DNA of 64,000 nt from Nitrosopumilaceae archaeon (GTDB lineage Archaea > Thermoproteota > Nitrososphaeria > Nitrososphaerales > Nitrosopumilaceae): positions 352,001 through 416,000 of the forward strand of contig CBDCCK010000002.1 of assembly GCA_965214835.1 (NCBI GenBank), read 5' to 3'. Each line of letters opens with the position of its first letter. The first letter of the stretch is position 1. A model generated the notes under the pieces. It saw only the letters and a program-made list of their open reading frames with translations, made no database searches and was not told the origin of the DNA. The translations under genes and the position numbers were made by a program. Shown in pieces: positions 10,444 to 20,299 of the stretch.

Positions 10444-10580
10444 GTAGAGAGGGATCTAAAGACCATTAAAAAAGGTATTAGATTTGCGGGGGTTGTCCAA
10501 AAAATTTTCCACAGGCTGGGTTGTGCAACCGGCTAATTTGAAACCAACTGTTATATTCGAAAGTACGCCACGACCTGAGA

Positions 10581-11492
10581 GTGGCACCTAGCATTGCAGC
10601 CTCCATTGGCAGGATCCGGCTGGAAAGACCCACCATTTTGGCCTCGGGAATACTGGGAATATCGCTTGACGTCTTCAATCGCCTGCATGATGCAGGCGCA
10701 GGGGCCGTCGTGACAAAGTCCCTTAGCAGCGAGCCATGGGAGGGGTATCCGAATCCGACTGTTTTCAGCGTTGGAGGCGGCGGGTGGATAAACGCGGTGG
10801 GACTCTCAAACCCGGGGGCCAAAAACTTTGCAGGCATGATCGAGCCAAACAGGGACGTGCCGATCATTGTCAGCTTGGTGGGTTCGGCAGAAAGTGACTT
10901 TGAGTCCATGATCGGGGAGTTTGAGCACTGCAATGTCACCGCGTACGAAATCAATCTCTCATGCCCCCATGTGGCACGGGTGGGCTTGGAGGTGGGTGAC
11001 GACCCTGATCTTGTCACCAGAATAGTATCGGCCGTCAAAAAAACGACCGATGCCCCCGTACTGGCCAAGGTCGGACTGGGAACCACGCATTACATCAATA
11101 CGGTAAGGTCTGCAATTGAGGGAGGGGCAGACGGAATTACCGCAATCAACACCATTCGGGCCATGGCAATAGACGCCGAGACTCAGCGACCCATCCTGTC
11201 TAACAAGATCGGCGGCCTTTCTGGCACCCCAATCAAGCCCGTAGCACTGCGCTGTGTCTTTGAAATCGCATCAAAATATGACATTCCGGTTGTCGGCTGC
11301 GGCGGGATTTCAACGTGGGAGGACGCAGTCGAGTTCATCCTGGCAGGCGCATCGGCCGTACAGCTTGGCAGTGCCGTCGGGGACAACTGGATTGAGGCGT
11401 TTGGACAAATCAACTCCGGCATTGCCTCCTACATGGAGCGAAAGGGATATTCAAGCATAGGGGAGATGGTCGGCATTGCACAGAGATCCTAG
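10581..11492 (+). CDS. pyrD: Dihydroorotate dehydrogenase (family 1B) catalytic subunit
   Basis: NAVGLSNPG, EINLSCPH, INTI, GGLSG, GCGGI motifs. Confidence 0.95.
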   Translation: MAPSIAASIGRIRLERPTILASGILGISLDVFNRLHDAGAGAVVTKSLSSEPWEGYPNPTVFSVGGGGWINAVGLSNPGAKNFAGMIEPNRDVPIIVSLVGSAESDFESMIGEFEHCNVTAYEINLSCPHVARVGLEVGDDPDLVTRIVSAVKKTTDAPVLAKVGLGTTHYINTVRSAIEGGADGITAINTIRAMAIDAETQRPILSNKIGGLSGTPIKPVALRCVFEIASKYDIPVVGCGGISTWEDAVEFILAGASAVQLGSAVGDNWIEAFGQINSGIASYMERKGYSSIGEMVGIAQRS

Positions 11493-12288
11493 CCGTCATA
11501 CAATTGTCACGATTGAAAAGGTGGTTGACGAATCCCCCACCGTCAGAACGCTGGTATTCTCCGATGATGTGATGCCGACTGCAAGGCCGGGGCAGTTTGC
11601 CATGGTCTGGGTGCCCGGCGTAAACGAGCTTCCGATGAGCGTCATGATTTCCATGGAGCCTGGCAGGGCTGCGTTTACCGTCAGAAGGCATGGCCCTGCC
11701 TCCACCGGGCTTTACAATACCACGGTCGGCGCGCAAATCGGAATACGCGGGCCGTATGGCAACTCGTTTGAGCTCAAGCCCGGAAAAATCATGCTGGTGG
11801 GCGGCGGAACCGGCCTTGTCCCGCTGATGAGGCTGCTTGCAGCCGTGCAGCCAGACCATGACGCCACCGTGCTCATCGGGGCAAGGACCAAGGACGAAGT
11901 GTTCTTTGAAGACCTGGCAGGCAAGCTGCTGGCAAACAACGCCCACCGGATAATCGTGACCACCGAGGACGGAACATACGGCCGAAAGGGGCTAGTTACT
12001 GACACAGCCGACAGGCTGATCGGGGAGCAGGAGTTTGATGCCGTATACACGTGCGGTCCCGAAATCATGATGTACAAGACCGTCGAGCTTGCATATTCCA
12101 GGGGAATATTCGTCCAGGCAAGCCTTGAGCGCATGATGAAGTGCGGGGTGGGAATCTGCGGAAGCTGCTGCGCCGGCCCTGATCTGGTCTGCCGCGACGG
12201 CACCGTTTTTGACGGCACACATCTGAGGAACAATCCTGAATTTGGACGCACCCACAGAAACAAGGCCGGAATACTTGAAAACTACTAA
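11476..12288 (+). CDS. pyrK: Dihydroorotate dehydrogenase electron transfer subunit
   Basis: RGPYGN, GGGTG, CGPE, CGVGICGSC..C 2Fe-2S motif. Follows pyrD. Confidence 0.93.
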   Translation: MHRDPSRHTIVTIEKVVDESPTVRTLVFSDDVMPTARPGQFAMVWVPGVNELPMSVMISMEPGRAAFTVRRHGPASTGLYNTTVGAQIGIRGPYGNSFELKPGKIMLVGGGTGLVPLMRLLAAVQPDHDATVLIGARTKDEVFFEDLAGKLLANNAHRIIVTTEDGTYGRKGLVTDTADRLIGEQEFDAVYTCGPEIMMYKTVELAYSRGIFVQASLERMMKCGVGICGSCCAGPDLVCRDGTVFDGTHLRNNPEFGRTHRNKAGILENY

Positions 12289-12294
12289 CTAGCG

Positions 12295-12510
12295 GGTAGG
12301 AGTTTGCCCCCTTCCAGTCTTCCCAGCAGTAACCCATAAGGTGGTTCTAAAACTCGAAACAGTCCAGACCAGGCTGCCTGCAGATCCGCATATGGCCGTC
12401 TGCACCGCGATAAGTCAGGCACATTTGGGAGGACCGTCCCAAAATACGGCATTGGGGGCACGGTGATCAAGGCCCTAGCCGGCAAGACAGGCGGGGGATA
12501 AGCTCTTACC
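12295..12510. mobile_element. MITE-like element with GGTAGGAGTTT...AGCTCTTACC ends containing a dispersed repeat core
   Basis: Imperfect terminal inverted repeats. The internal segment aaactcgaaacagtccagaccaggctgcctgcagatccgcatatggccgtc recurs at about 40960, and inverted at about 14350 and 38520. Confidence 0.55.
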
Positions 12511-12587
12511 TCCGCCTAAGGGATAAAATCTTGCCCAACTAATTCCAGCAAGGTTTAAAATGAATCAATCAATTATTGCGGTGAAGG

Positions 12588-14315
12588 ATGATGGGTACAC
12601 CAAAGATCGTACTTACCGCAGATCGTACGCTGATGTCTCCATACCGCCACTTGTCCCTGGCGACGTTTTTCGGATGCGCCCCTGCCCTGGATCCGAACCG
12701 GGACAAGAGCAGCTTTTGGTATAAGATCCTCAAAAACCAAGTGACTCCCAAAATCCTGTTTGACTTTATCTGCAACTACATTCCTCACACCAACGGCGTG
12801 GCAAACTATGCCCCTTACGGGCTAAGAAAGGTAGAGGCCGGCTTGCTCCGTGACGGATTCAAGCGCGAGGAGGTCGTAGTAGCCCACCCCGATCATATTG
12901 AAAAGTTCATCGGTCCGGAAACGCAGGTTGTCGGAACATACGAGATGGATCCGCTGGGAATGGGCCCGGTTACCATGACCTTTACCTATGGCAGAAAGCA
13001 GACCTCATATGACGAGTTTTACAATGCCGAGCTTCACCATCGGATTAATGCGGCAAAAAAGAGGACCGGAAGCCGGGCAAAGGTGATTGCAGGCGCATCT
13101 GGCACCTGGCAGTACAACTATGCCCCCGAAAAAATTCAAGAATACGGCTTGTATGCTGTCCTGGAAGGCGAGCTGGGCGGAATCGCACCAGAAATAGACG
13201 GCCATGCCGGCAGGTTCTTCAGCTATCTGATGAACGGTGACTTTGAGAACATGGATCCGTTTAGAAAGCGAAGTGATTTCAAGGTAAACATCAAGGAGTT
13301 TGAAAGAAACGGGGAAAAGCTCCACGGACGGTTTGTCAACTTTTGGGATCGCCCGGATCTGGACGAGATTCCGGAAATCGTCGAGCCTAGCATGCACGGC
13401 ATGATCGAGGTCATGCGCGGCTGCGGCCGGGGATGCAAGTTCTGCGACGTGACACTGCGCTCGCTGAGATACTATCCCCCGGAGAAGGTCAAAAAAGAGA
13501 TCGAGGTAAACATCAAAAAAGGCGGCGAAAAGTCTGCATGGGTTCACAGCGACGACATCTTCGTATACGGGATGGATCCGCGGACCGCAAAGGGCATGGA
13601 GCCAAATCGGGAGGCGCTAGAGGATCTGTTCACCGCAATCATGTCTGCAGGAGTGGAGCACACCAATCCCACCCACGGGACGCTGGCAGGTGCCATTGCA
13701 GATGAAAAGCTGATTCCAAACCTGTCTGGGATCATAAAGTCTAATGCAGAAAACATGACCGGCATCCAGTGCGGCTTTGAGACCGGCAGTCTGAGACTGA
13801 TCGACAAGTATGCGGACAGAAAGCTTGCGCCCTACAAGCCAGAGGAATGGCACTGGGTGGTCAAGGAGGGAATCAAGACACTCAACGAGAACTACTGGGT
13901 TCCTGCATTTACCCTGATCATGGGCCTAGACAACGACGAGACCCCTGAGGATTCTTGGGAGACCATCAGGATCATCCACGAGGTGGAGCAGGAGCAGCCC
14001 GACTCTATGTTCACGACTACCCCCCTCACGTTTGTTCCGATCGGACTGCTGGAAAAATCCGACTTTTTCAACATTGGAAACGAGATGGATCCCGCGCAGC
14101 TGGGCGTGATGTACAAGACATGGCAGCACAACTTCAAGTATGGAATCCAAAAGTTCATGACAAGGACCGGCGGCAAGGGGCTCCAGAGGTACTTTTTCAA
14201 CATGATTGCACGCTCGCTGGGCGGCGTCCCGCTTGGCGCCATGGAGAGATATGCGCGGCGAAAGGGCCGCGAGCACGAGCGCGTAATCGAGAAGGTAAAG
14301 GCCCAGTACTATTGA
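12588..14315 (+). CDS. Radical SAM protein (B12-binding-domain family-like)
   Basis: RGCGRGCKFC CxxxCxxC motif, GFETGS, YAPYGLRKVEA. Confidence 0.88.
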   Translation: MMGTPKIVLTADRTLMSPYRHLSLATFFGCAPALDPNRDKSSFWYKILKNQVTPKILFDFICNYIPHTNGVANYAPYGLRKVEAGLLRDGFKREEVVVAHPDHIEKFIGPETQVVGTYEMDPLGMGPVTMTFTYGRKQTSYDEFYNAELHHRINAAKKRTGSRAKVIAGASGTWQYNYAPEKIQEYGLYAVLEGELGGIAPEIDGHAGRFFSYLMNGDFENMDPFRKRSDFKVNIKEFERNGEKLHGRFVNFWDRPDLDEIPEIVEPSMHGMIEVMRGCGRGCKFCDVTLRSLRYYPPEKVKKEIEVNIKKGGEKSAWVHSDDIFVYGMDPRTAKGMEPNREALEDLFTAIMSAGVEHTNPTHGTLAGAIADEKLIPNLSGIIKSNAENMTGIQCGFETGSLRLIDKYADRKLAPYKPEEWHWVVKEGIKTLNENYWVPAFTLIMGLDNDETPEDSWETIRIIHEVEQEQPDSMFTTTPLTFVPIGLLEKSDFFNIGNEMDPAQLGVMYKTWQHNFKYGIQKFMTRTGGKGLQRYFFNMIARSLGGVPLGAMERYARRKGREHERVIEKVKAQYY

Positions 14316-15119
14316 GTATTTCCGGATGTGGCCCGGCTCATGGCGGCGACGTGCGGATCTGCAGGCAGCCTAGCTTGAACTGTTCCGAGCTTGGAGGAGT
14401 TTTGCGGGGCACACCTTTGGGAAGACCGAGCGTACGAGGCCACCTACCCCCACCAGTCAGGCACGAATTAGCATGAATGATTGTGATCTTCACGCCTAGC
14501 TAGCAAGGGACGTGACCACATACGACCGAGCAGTTATGCTGTATACCTTATGCGTATTTGTCAAAAATGACGCAAGAACTGCCTGGTTTTTTTGATCTGT
14601 GCCGATCACGCATAAATCCCAGTGTGGACCTCCCGGGTACCCGCCCAAAAATTGAATTCATAGGCTCCCATTGCGGCATCGTGTCACACACACCAAATCC
14701 CGTGTTGTCTGTGTGGTAAGCTGTCAAACTGAATGTGTGTGACAAACACTGGTTAGGCATGACATCTACAGGCATGCTGTGAAGATAGAGGTAAACGAGG
14801 AGCCGCTAAAGGAGATGGCCGAAAAACTCCAGACCATACCCAAACAAGTGACTACGGGTTTTTTGTATCAGCTGCCAGATTCTGTCTTTCTTCGGGCAAG
14901 AAATGACTAGCTAGATGGAGCCATGGAAAGGCTAATGAAATCTGCCGAAGCCGGCCATGTGATCAGTTCGCTGATTGATGAGTTCATGGAAGGCCGTGAT
15001 TCAGAATGCGGTCAAATCAGAACCCGACACCTGACGTGTCACATGGAGAATAAACACCCGCCAATGCCCCAGTTCCTGACTAGGCAAATACATAAATTCA
15101 CTCATGACTGTCTTAGACC

Positions 15120-15302
15120 ATGGCAACTCACGGATCCCTTACAAAGGCAGGCAAGGTAAGGGGGCAGACCCCAAAGGTTGAGGGGAGAAAAAGGGTAGGC
15201 ACAAGCTCCAGCCTTAGAAACAAGAGCAACTTCAAAAAGAGGTTTGTCCTGAACCGCATTCCAGGCCAGAACAAGCCCGGCCAAAGGAGAAAGAGACGAT
15301 AG
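15120..15302 (+). CDS. rps30e: 30S ribosomal protein S30e
   Basis: MATHGSLTKAGKVRGQTPKV. Confidence 0.95.
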   Translation: MATHGSLTKAGKVRGQTPKVEGRKRVGTSSSLRNKSNFKKRFVLNRIPGQNKPGQRRKRR

Positions 15303-15353
15303 CCACACCGTCAATCTGCACTGTTTTTATAACATCACCCATGCCATGCCCTT

Positions 15354-16175
15354 ATGCGGATTCCGCTGCTTGCGCTCATGATAACCTCAGGTGTGCTTTT
15401 TGGCATTTACCTGCCCCCTGCTGATGCCCAGTCCGGGGTAGCAGTCTCTGTTGCCCCTGACTCGAGCCGTCCAGGATGCGAGTTTGACGACCGCTGCTAC
15501 GTTCCCACATCCATAACGATCAGGGCCGGGGATGTGGTCACCTGGACAAACGACGATGCAATAGTGCATACCGTAAGCGAGTATGACGGCGATCTGTTTG
15601 ACAGCGGAATCATGCAGCCTGAGGACGTTTTTGAGTTTACGTTTGACAAGCCCGGCACATATGACTATTTTTGCCTGCTGCATCCCCACATGGTGGGGCA
15701 GGTAACAGTCAGAGACGCCACCGAGGCCAAGTCCCAGGGATCCTCCGTGCCCAAGCCCGAGTTTGTAATTGTAGGATCTGAACCTGACACGACCGATAGC
15801 GGATGCCTGGTTGCAACTGCCGCGTTTGGAACAGAGCTTGCGCCCCAAGTGCAGCTGCTTCGGGAAATCCGGGACGATATCCTTTACAGTACGGCATCGG
15901 GCACTGCGTTTATGACTGGATTCAACCATCTTTACTATTCGTTTTCCCCGACGGTTGCTGACTGGCAGCGGCAAAACCCCACCCTCAAGGAGGCAGTCAA
16001 GATGGCAATCACCCCGATGATATACACTCTTGATATCATGGGCCTGGCAGATCAAGACTCCGAGATAGAGGTCTTGGGATATGGGATCTTGCTGATTGCG
16101 CTGAACCTGGCAGTGTACGCCGGGATTCCCGCAGGCGCAACATTTGCAGCCAGGAGGCGCTTCCTGACCGGCTAG
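15354..16175 (+). CDS. Plastocyanin/cupredoxin-domain protein with CFI-box-CTERM anchor
   Basis: Signal peptide, WTNDD..HTV, YDYFCLLHPHM type-1 copper motif, GCLVATAAFGTELAPQVQLLREIRD. Confidence 0.9.
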   Translation: MRIPLLALMITSGVLFGIYLPPADAQSGVAVSVAPDSSRPGCEFDDRCYVPTSITIRAGDVVTWTNDDAIVHTVSEYDGDLFDSGIMQPEDVFEFTFDKPGTYDYFCLLHPHMVGQVTVRDATEAKSQGSSVPKPEFVIVGSEPDTTDSGCLVATAAFGTELAPQVQLLREIRDDILYSTASGTAFMTGFNHLYYSFSPTVADWQRQNPTLKEAVKMAITPMIYTLDIMGLADQDSEIEVLGYGILLIALNLAVYAGIPAGATFAARRRFLTG

Positions 16176-16252
16176 CCCAAAAACAGGCTCTGGCAAATCT
16201 TCGGTGTTTTTCAATTGAGTGCTATGGTGGCGACTAAAAGTTTTCGAACAAT

Positions 16253-16332
16253 AGACTTTATGCGTAATCGACCTGAATGAGATGGATTTGTTCGTAATAA
16301 TCCTAGATCTGAGCCGATTACGCATAAAGTCT
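16253..16332. mobile_element. 80-bp MITE with IS5-type TIRs
   Basis: agactttatgcgtaatcg...cgattacgcataaagtct, flanked by 3-bp direct repeat AAT. TIR matches the IS at 26992-28709. Confidence 0.85.
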
Positions 16333-16486
16333 AATAGGTGAAAAGCGGTACTCAGTCAAACTGAGCAAGAGCAAGTTTGCCAGTTGAACGCATCACTCGA
16401 CGGTTAACACGGGGAATTATCACGCTATAAGTTAACAGAACCGCAAAACACAATCTTTATAATGTACTGGTACCGTACCTTACGGT

Positions 16487-17689
16487 ATGGAATTAGAAGC
16501 ATTCAATTTGTCTGACCTCGAAGGCGTAGGTCCGGTAACCAAGAAAAAACTAGAAGATGCAGGAATTAACACTCTTATGGATTTGGTAGTAAGAGGGCCT
16601 GTAGAGCTTGAAGAACTGTCAAGCATGACTTCTGAAACGTGCGAGAAGATAGTCACTCATGCACGTAAGCAACTAGCAGAATCAGGCGCAATTACCAAGG
16701 AATTTGCAACTGCCTCTGAAATTTACACCAGACGCAAGTCAATTGGCAAAGTTAGCACCTGTACTGATGCGCTAGATGAACTCCTAGGCGGTGGTGTTGA
16801 AACACAGGCTGTCACCGAAGTATATGGCGAGTTTGGTTCAGGAAAAACACAGCTTTGTCACACACTATGTGTCAGTACACAAAAACCAAAGGAGGAAGGC
16901 GGCCTTGGTGGCAGTGTCCTCTACATAGATACCGAGGGAACATTCAGGCCTGAAAGAATTGTCTCAATTGCACAAGCCCATAACATGGATCCTGTCGAGG
17001 TATTAGATAGAATCATCGTCGCAAGGGCATACAACAGCTCTCATCAGGTTTTGATTCTTGAGGAGGCAGGAAAAATGATCCAGGAGGAAAACGTCAAACT
17101 GATCATTTCAGACTCCACAACCGGCCTGTTCAGAATGGAATACTTAGGTCGTGGAACCTTGGCAAGCAGACAGCAAAAACTTGGCAGATACATTAGACTC
17201 TTGGCAAGAATTGCAGAAGCATACAACTGTGCCGTTGTTGCAACAAACCAGGTCTCCTCCAGTCCTGACTCGTTCTTTGGAGATCCAACCCGTCCTGTAG
17301 GAGGCAACATACTTGGACATGCAAGCACTTACAGAATCTACATCAGAAAGGGCGGAAAGAACAAGCGGGTTGCAAAAATGGTAGACTCTCCACACCATGC
17401 ACTATCTGAGGCAGTCTTTGAGCTGGGAGAGATGGGCGTACAGGATACCGAAGAACACCTCAAACAGGTTGAGAAAGATGCCGCAAAAGCCGAAAAAGCC
17501 GCTACAAAAGAAGCCGAAAAGGCTGCAAAAGAGGCTGACAAAGCAACCAAAAAAGCAGAGCGTGAATCTGCAAAACAGACCAAAGCCAAGCCAGCAGTTG
17601 AGACTACAAAAGCGCCACAAGAGATCCCAGAACCTGAGACCGTAAGCGCTGAAGTCGAAATTGACGACTTTGAGCCTACAGAAGAATAA
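16487..17689 (+). CDS. radA: DNA repair/recombination protein RadA with K/A/E-rich C-terminal tail
   Basis: GEFGSGKTQLCH, YIDTEGTFRPER, RAYNS, GGNILGHAST. Confidence 0.95.
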   Translation: MELEAFNLSDLEGVGPVTKKKLEDAGINTLMDLVVRGPVELEELSSMTSETCEKIVTHARKQLAESGAITKEFATASEIYTRRKSIGKVSTCTDALDELLGGGVETQAVTEVYGEFGSGKTQLCHTLCVSTQKPKEEGGLGGSVLYIDTEGTFRPERIVSIAQAHNMDPVEVLDRIIVARAYNSSHQVLILEEAGKMIQEENVKLIISDSTTGLFRMEYLGRGTLASRQQKLGRYIRLLARIAEAYNCAVVATNQVSSSPDSFFGDPTRPVGGNILGHASTYRIYIRKGGKNKRVAKMVDSPHHALSEAVFELGEMGVQDTEEHLKQVEKDAAKAEKAATKEAEKAAKEADKATKKAERESAKQTKAKPAVETTKAPQEIPEPETVSAEVEIDDFEPTEE

Positions 17690-17724
17690 CCTCCTCTTTT
17701 CTCTTTTTATTATACGCACAAGTG

Positions 17725-17841
17725 GTAACAGGTTAGCCCCTGCCTAGAGTTGGAATTGCGTCCCTTGCCGGACAGGCATGAAAATCACAACTGCAGGCAG
17801 ACTCGTACCTGATTGCTGCCTAGGTAAGGGCTAACCTGTAC
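17725..17841. mobile_element. 117-bp MITE (GTAAC-terminal family)
   Basis: gtaacaggttagccc...gggctaacctgtac, flanks cacaagtg/cataagtg (7/8 target duplication). Confidence 0.7.
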
Positions 17842-17882
17842 CATAAGTGTTAAAATAGGGCCCTCGGGGCTCCTAGTCAGAT

Positions 17883-18182
17883 ATGGCAACCAAGAAAACC
17901 TCTGGCCGCTCTCACGGGTTTAGACACAAGTCTAGATCGGTCATGACAAAAAAGGCACCTCGCGGTGTTGCATTTTTGCTCCGAGAGTACGCCGAAGGGG
18001 ATCGTGCACTGGTAATTATCGACTCAAGACAACATAAAGGCCTGCCTCACAGGCGCTACCACGGCAAGGTGGGCACAGTCACAAGCGTAGGCAGGCGTGC
18101 AGTCACATTGGACGTCAAGTTGGGAAACAAAACAAAAACCTTAATCACTAGATATGACCATATCAAACCATTCGGTGTTTAG
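17883..18182 (+). CDS. rpl21e: 50S ribosomal protein L21e
   Basis: SHGFRHKSR, HKGLPHRRYHGKVG. Confidence 0.95.
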   Translation: MATKKTSGRSHGFRHKSRSVMTKKAPRGVAFLLREYAEGDRALVIIDSRQHKGLPHRRYHGKVGTVTSVGRRAVTLDVKLGNKTKTLITRYDHIKPFGV

Positions 18183-18184
18183 TC

Positions 18185-18511
18185 ATGGAAGAGGTAAAAA
18201 AGAAAAAGACCATCTCGGTTTCTGAAGTAAAAGAAATTCTTGGCAAGGGGGATCCAGAATCAATGGATCAAATTCAGCGCTGGACGTACGATTATGTCTC
18301 AAAATTTGTAACAATTGATCCTGCGGACGCTAAAAAAATAAAACAAAAACTAGTCAAGGAATGCGGGCTGACCGAAGAGGAGGCGGTGGAAATAGTAAAC
18401 ATCAGGCCGACAACGCTGGCCGAACTTCGCTCATTTACCTTCGGCTGGAAAAAACTCATCCTTGCGGAGACCCTTGAGAAAATGCTCAAAATCATCAAGG
18501 AGCACTCCTAG
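18185..18511 (+). CDS. rpoF: RNA polymerase subunit Rpo4 (F)
   Basis: EEAVEIVNIRPTTLAELRS, conserved position after rpl21e. Confidence 0.88.
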   Translation: MEEVKKKKTISVSEVKEILGKGDPESMDQIQRWTYDYVSKFVTIDPADAKKIKQKLVKECGLTEEEAVEIVNIRPTTLAELRSFTFGWKKLILAETLEKMLKIIKEHS

Positions 18512-18532
18512 GTTCCAGGGGCGGATCTTATC

Positions 18533-19099
18533 TTGCAAAGGGCAAACGCGCCATCAAGAAAGTACGAAGAACACGCATACGTGCTAGACTTTAACACCCG
18601 CGGCAGGTCAACAACCGTCCGGGGGCGGGAGGGAATCATCATCACCGCAATCGGGGAGGACAGGCTCACGCTGCTTGAGGTATTGGGAGCTCCAAACTCC
18701 TCCTTTGATGTTGCCGAGAGGATCTACATCGGGAAGGAGGGACGAACCAAAGTCCTGTCTGTTCTGGGCAAAATGGACTATGACAACCTGTCGAATCCTG
18801 CACAAAATGAACTGCCGGCGGTTGTCGAGTACATCGTCACAAACAACGAACAAAGGTTTGTGGACTATCTGAACAATGCAGGGCCACTTACTCCTCGAAT
18901 CCATGCACTGGAGCTTATACCCGGAATTGGCAAGACCTACATGAAGGCAATGCTGGATGAGAGGGATCGCAAGAAATTCGAAAGCTATGCCGACTTGCAG
19001 GACAGGGTAGGGTTCAAGGAGCCAGTCAAGCAAATCTCAAAACGCATCATGGACGAAATCACCGGAGAGATCAGGATGAACCTCTTTGTAAAGCGATGA
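18533..19099 (+). CDS. DUF655 family RNA-binding protein
   Basis: EEHAYVLDF, RIHALELIPGIGK. Conserved rpl21e-rpoF-DUF655-ksgA order. Confidence 0.88.
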   Translation: MQRANAPSRKYEEHAYVLDFNTRGRSTTVRGREGIIITAIGEDRLTLLEVLGAPNSSFDVAERIYIGKEGRTKVLSVLGKMDYDNLSNPAQNELPAVVEYIVTNNEQRFVDYLNNAGPLTPRIHALELIPGIGKTYMKAMLDERDRKKFESYADLQDRVGFKEPVKQISKRIMDEITGEIRMNLFVKR

Positions 19100-19788
19100 G
19101 CAAGCGGCAAAGGCTAGGGCAGCACTTTCTCAACTCACAGTCAATCGCGTCCAAAATCGCAAAGGCAGCCGACATATCTGAAAAGCACACCGTCTTGGAA
19201 ATAGGCACGGGGCGCGGGATACTGACCCAGAGGCTATGCCAAAGCGCAAAAAGTGTAGTATCAATCGAGGCCGACTCCGGGCTGCACAAGGCGGCCCTGT
19301 CCAGGCTATCCATCCCAAACCTTGTACTGGTGCATGGAGACGGATTCAAAACAGACTGCACATTCTCAATCTTTGTCTCCAACCTGCCATACTCCAAAAG
19401 CAGGGCCGCAATAGAGTGGCTGGCCCAAAAAAGGTTCTCACACGCAGTCATCATGGTACAGCAGGAATTTGCAGAAAAGCTGCTGGAGCAGACTAGGGCG
19501 GTTTCCGTGATTGCCAATTATTGCTTTGACATAGAAAGGATAGCCCGGGTTGGAAAAAGCAACTTTAGCCCCGCTCCCAGAGTCGACTCTGTGGTGCTTC
19601 GACTGACCCAAAGACGCACCCTGAACCACGACGTAATAAAGGCAGTAAGCCTGCTGTTCTCGTACAGGCGAAAGACGGTCTCAAACATTTTAAAGAGGTT
19701 TGGGGTGGACAGCAGAATCCAAAAAAGACTCGACGAGTTATCCGGAGATGAGGTAGTCAGGCTTGGCAGGCAAATCAGCAGGCGGTGA
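19096..19788 (+). CDS. ksgA: 16S rRNA dimethyladenosine transferase KsgA/RsmA
   Basis: LGQHFL, LEIGTGRG, SNLPY, FSPAPRVDS. Confidence 0.93.
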   Translation: MSKRQRLGQHFLNSQSIASKIAKAADISEKHTVLEIGTGRGILTQRLCQSAKSVVSIEADSGLHKAALSRLSIPNLVLVHGDGFKTDCTFSIFVSNLPYSKSRAAIEWLAQKRFSHAVIMVQQEFAEKLLEQTRAVSVIANYCFDIERIARVGKSNFSPAPRVDSVVLRLTQRRTLNHDVIKAVSLLFSYRRKTVSNILKRFGVDSRIQKRLDELSGDEVVRLGRQISRR

Positions 19789-20299
19789 ATACTCTCCCGC
19801 CGAGGACACGTTCTTTCTGGCAGATCACATAATGGACGAGAGTGGCAGCGCCGCGCTGGACATCGGCTCGGGCTCTGGCTATCTGACCAGGCTGCTGTGC
19901 GAAAGGTTCTCCCTTGTCGTGGGAACCGACGTTGATTTTGGCGTCTTGTCACACCAGACCTACAGGACGCCAAACCTGGTCTGCTGCCACGGCGCCAGCG
20001 CGCTGGCTCGAAAGTTTGATCTAATAGTCTGCAACCCCCCGTACCTGGCAACCGAGGGGGTTGTGGACGTTGCAACTGACGGGGGCAGGGGCGGCCTTGA
20101 GGCGGCCCAGAAGATAATTGACACCGTGCCTGGGTGCCTGGGCAGGTCTGGCAGGTTTCTCTTCGTCACCTCCTCCCTGTCTGACTATGGGGGACTGATC
20201 TCCCACTGCAGCAACCTGGGCATGAAGTCCGGTATAATCGCAAGAAAGAGGCTGTTCTTTGAGGAGCTGATCCTGATTCAGGCCAGGCTACCTTCGTAG
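19763..20299 (+). CDS. HemK2/PrmC-like SAM methyltransferase
   Basis: YSPAEDT, LDIGSGSG, NPPY, DGGRGG. Confidence 0.88.
   Translation: MAGKSAGGEYSPAEDTFFLADHIMDESGSAALDIGSGSGYLTRLLCERFSLVVGTDVDFGVLSHQTYRTPNLVCCHGASALARKFDLIVCNPPYLATEGVVDVATDGGRGGLEAAQKIIDTVPGCLGRSGRFLFVTSSLSDYGGLISHCSNLGMKSGIIARKRLFFEELILIQARLPS

Noticed and set aside
14780-15030. Coding-like fragment (KIEVNEEPLKEMAEKLQ...*LDGAMERLMKS)
   Set aside because: Possibly a pseudogene scrap, but it has no recognisable motif and too little support to call
17450-17689. RadA C-terminal extension as an intein or fusion
   Set aside because: It is a low-complexity K/A/E tail with no intein motifs
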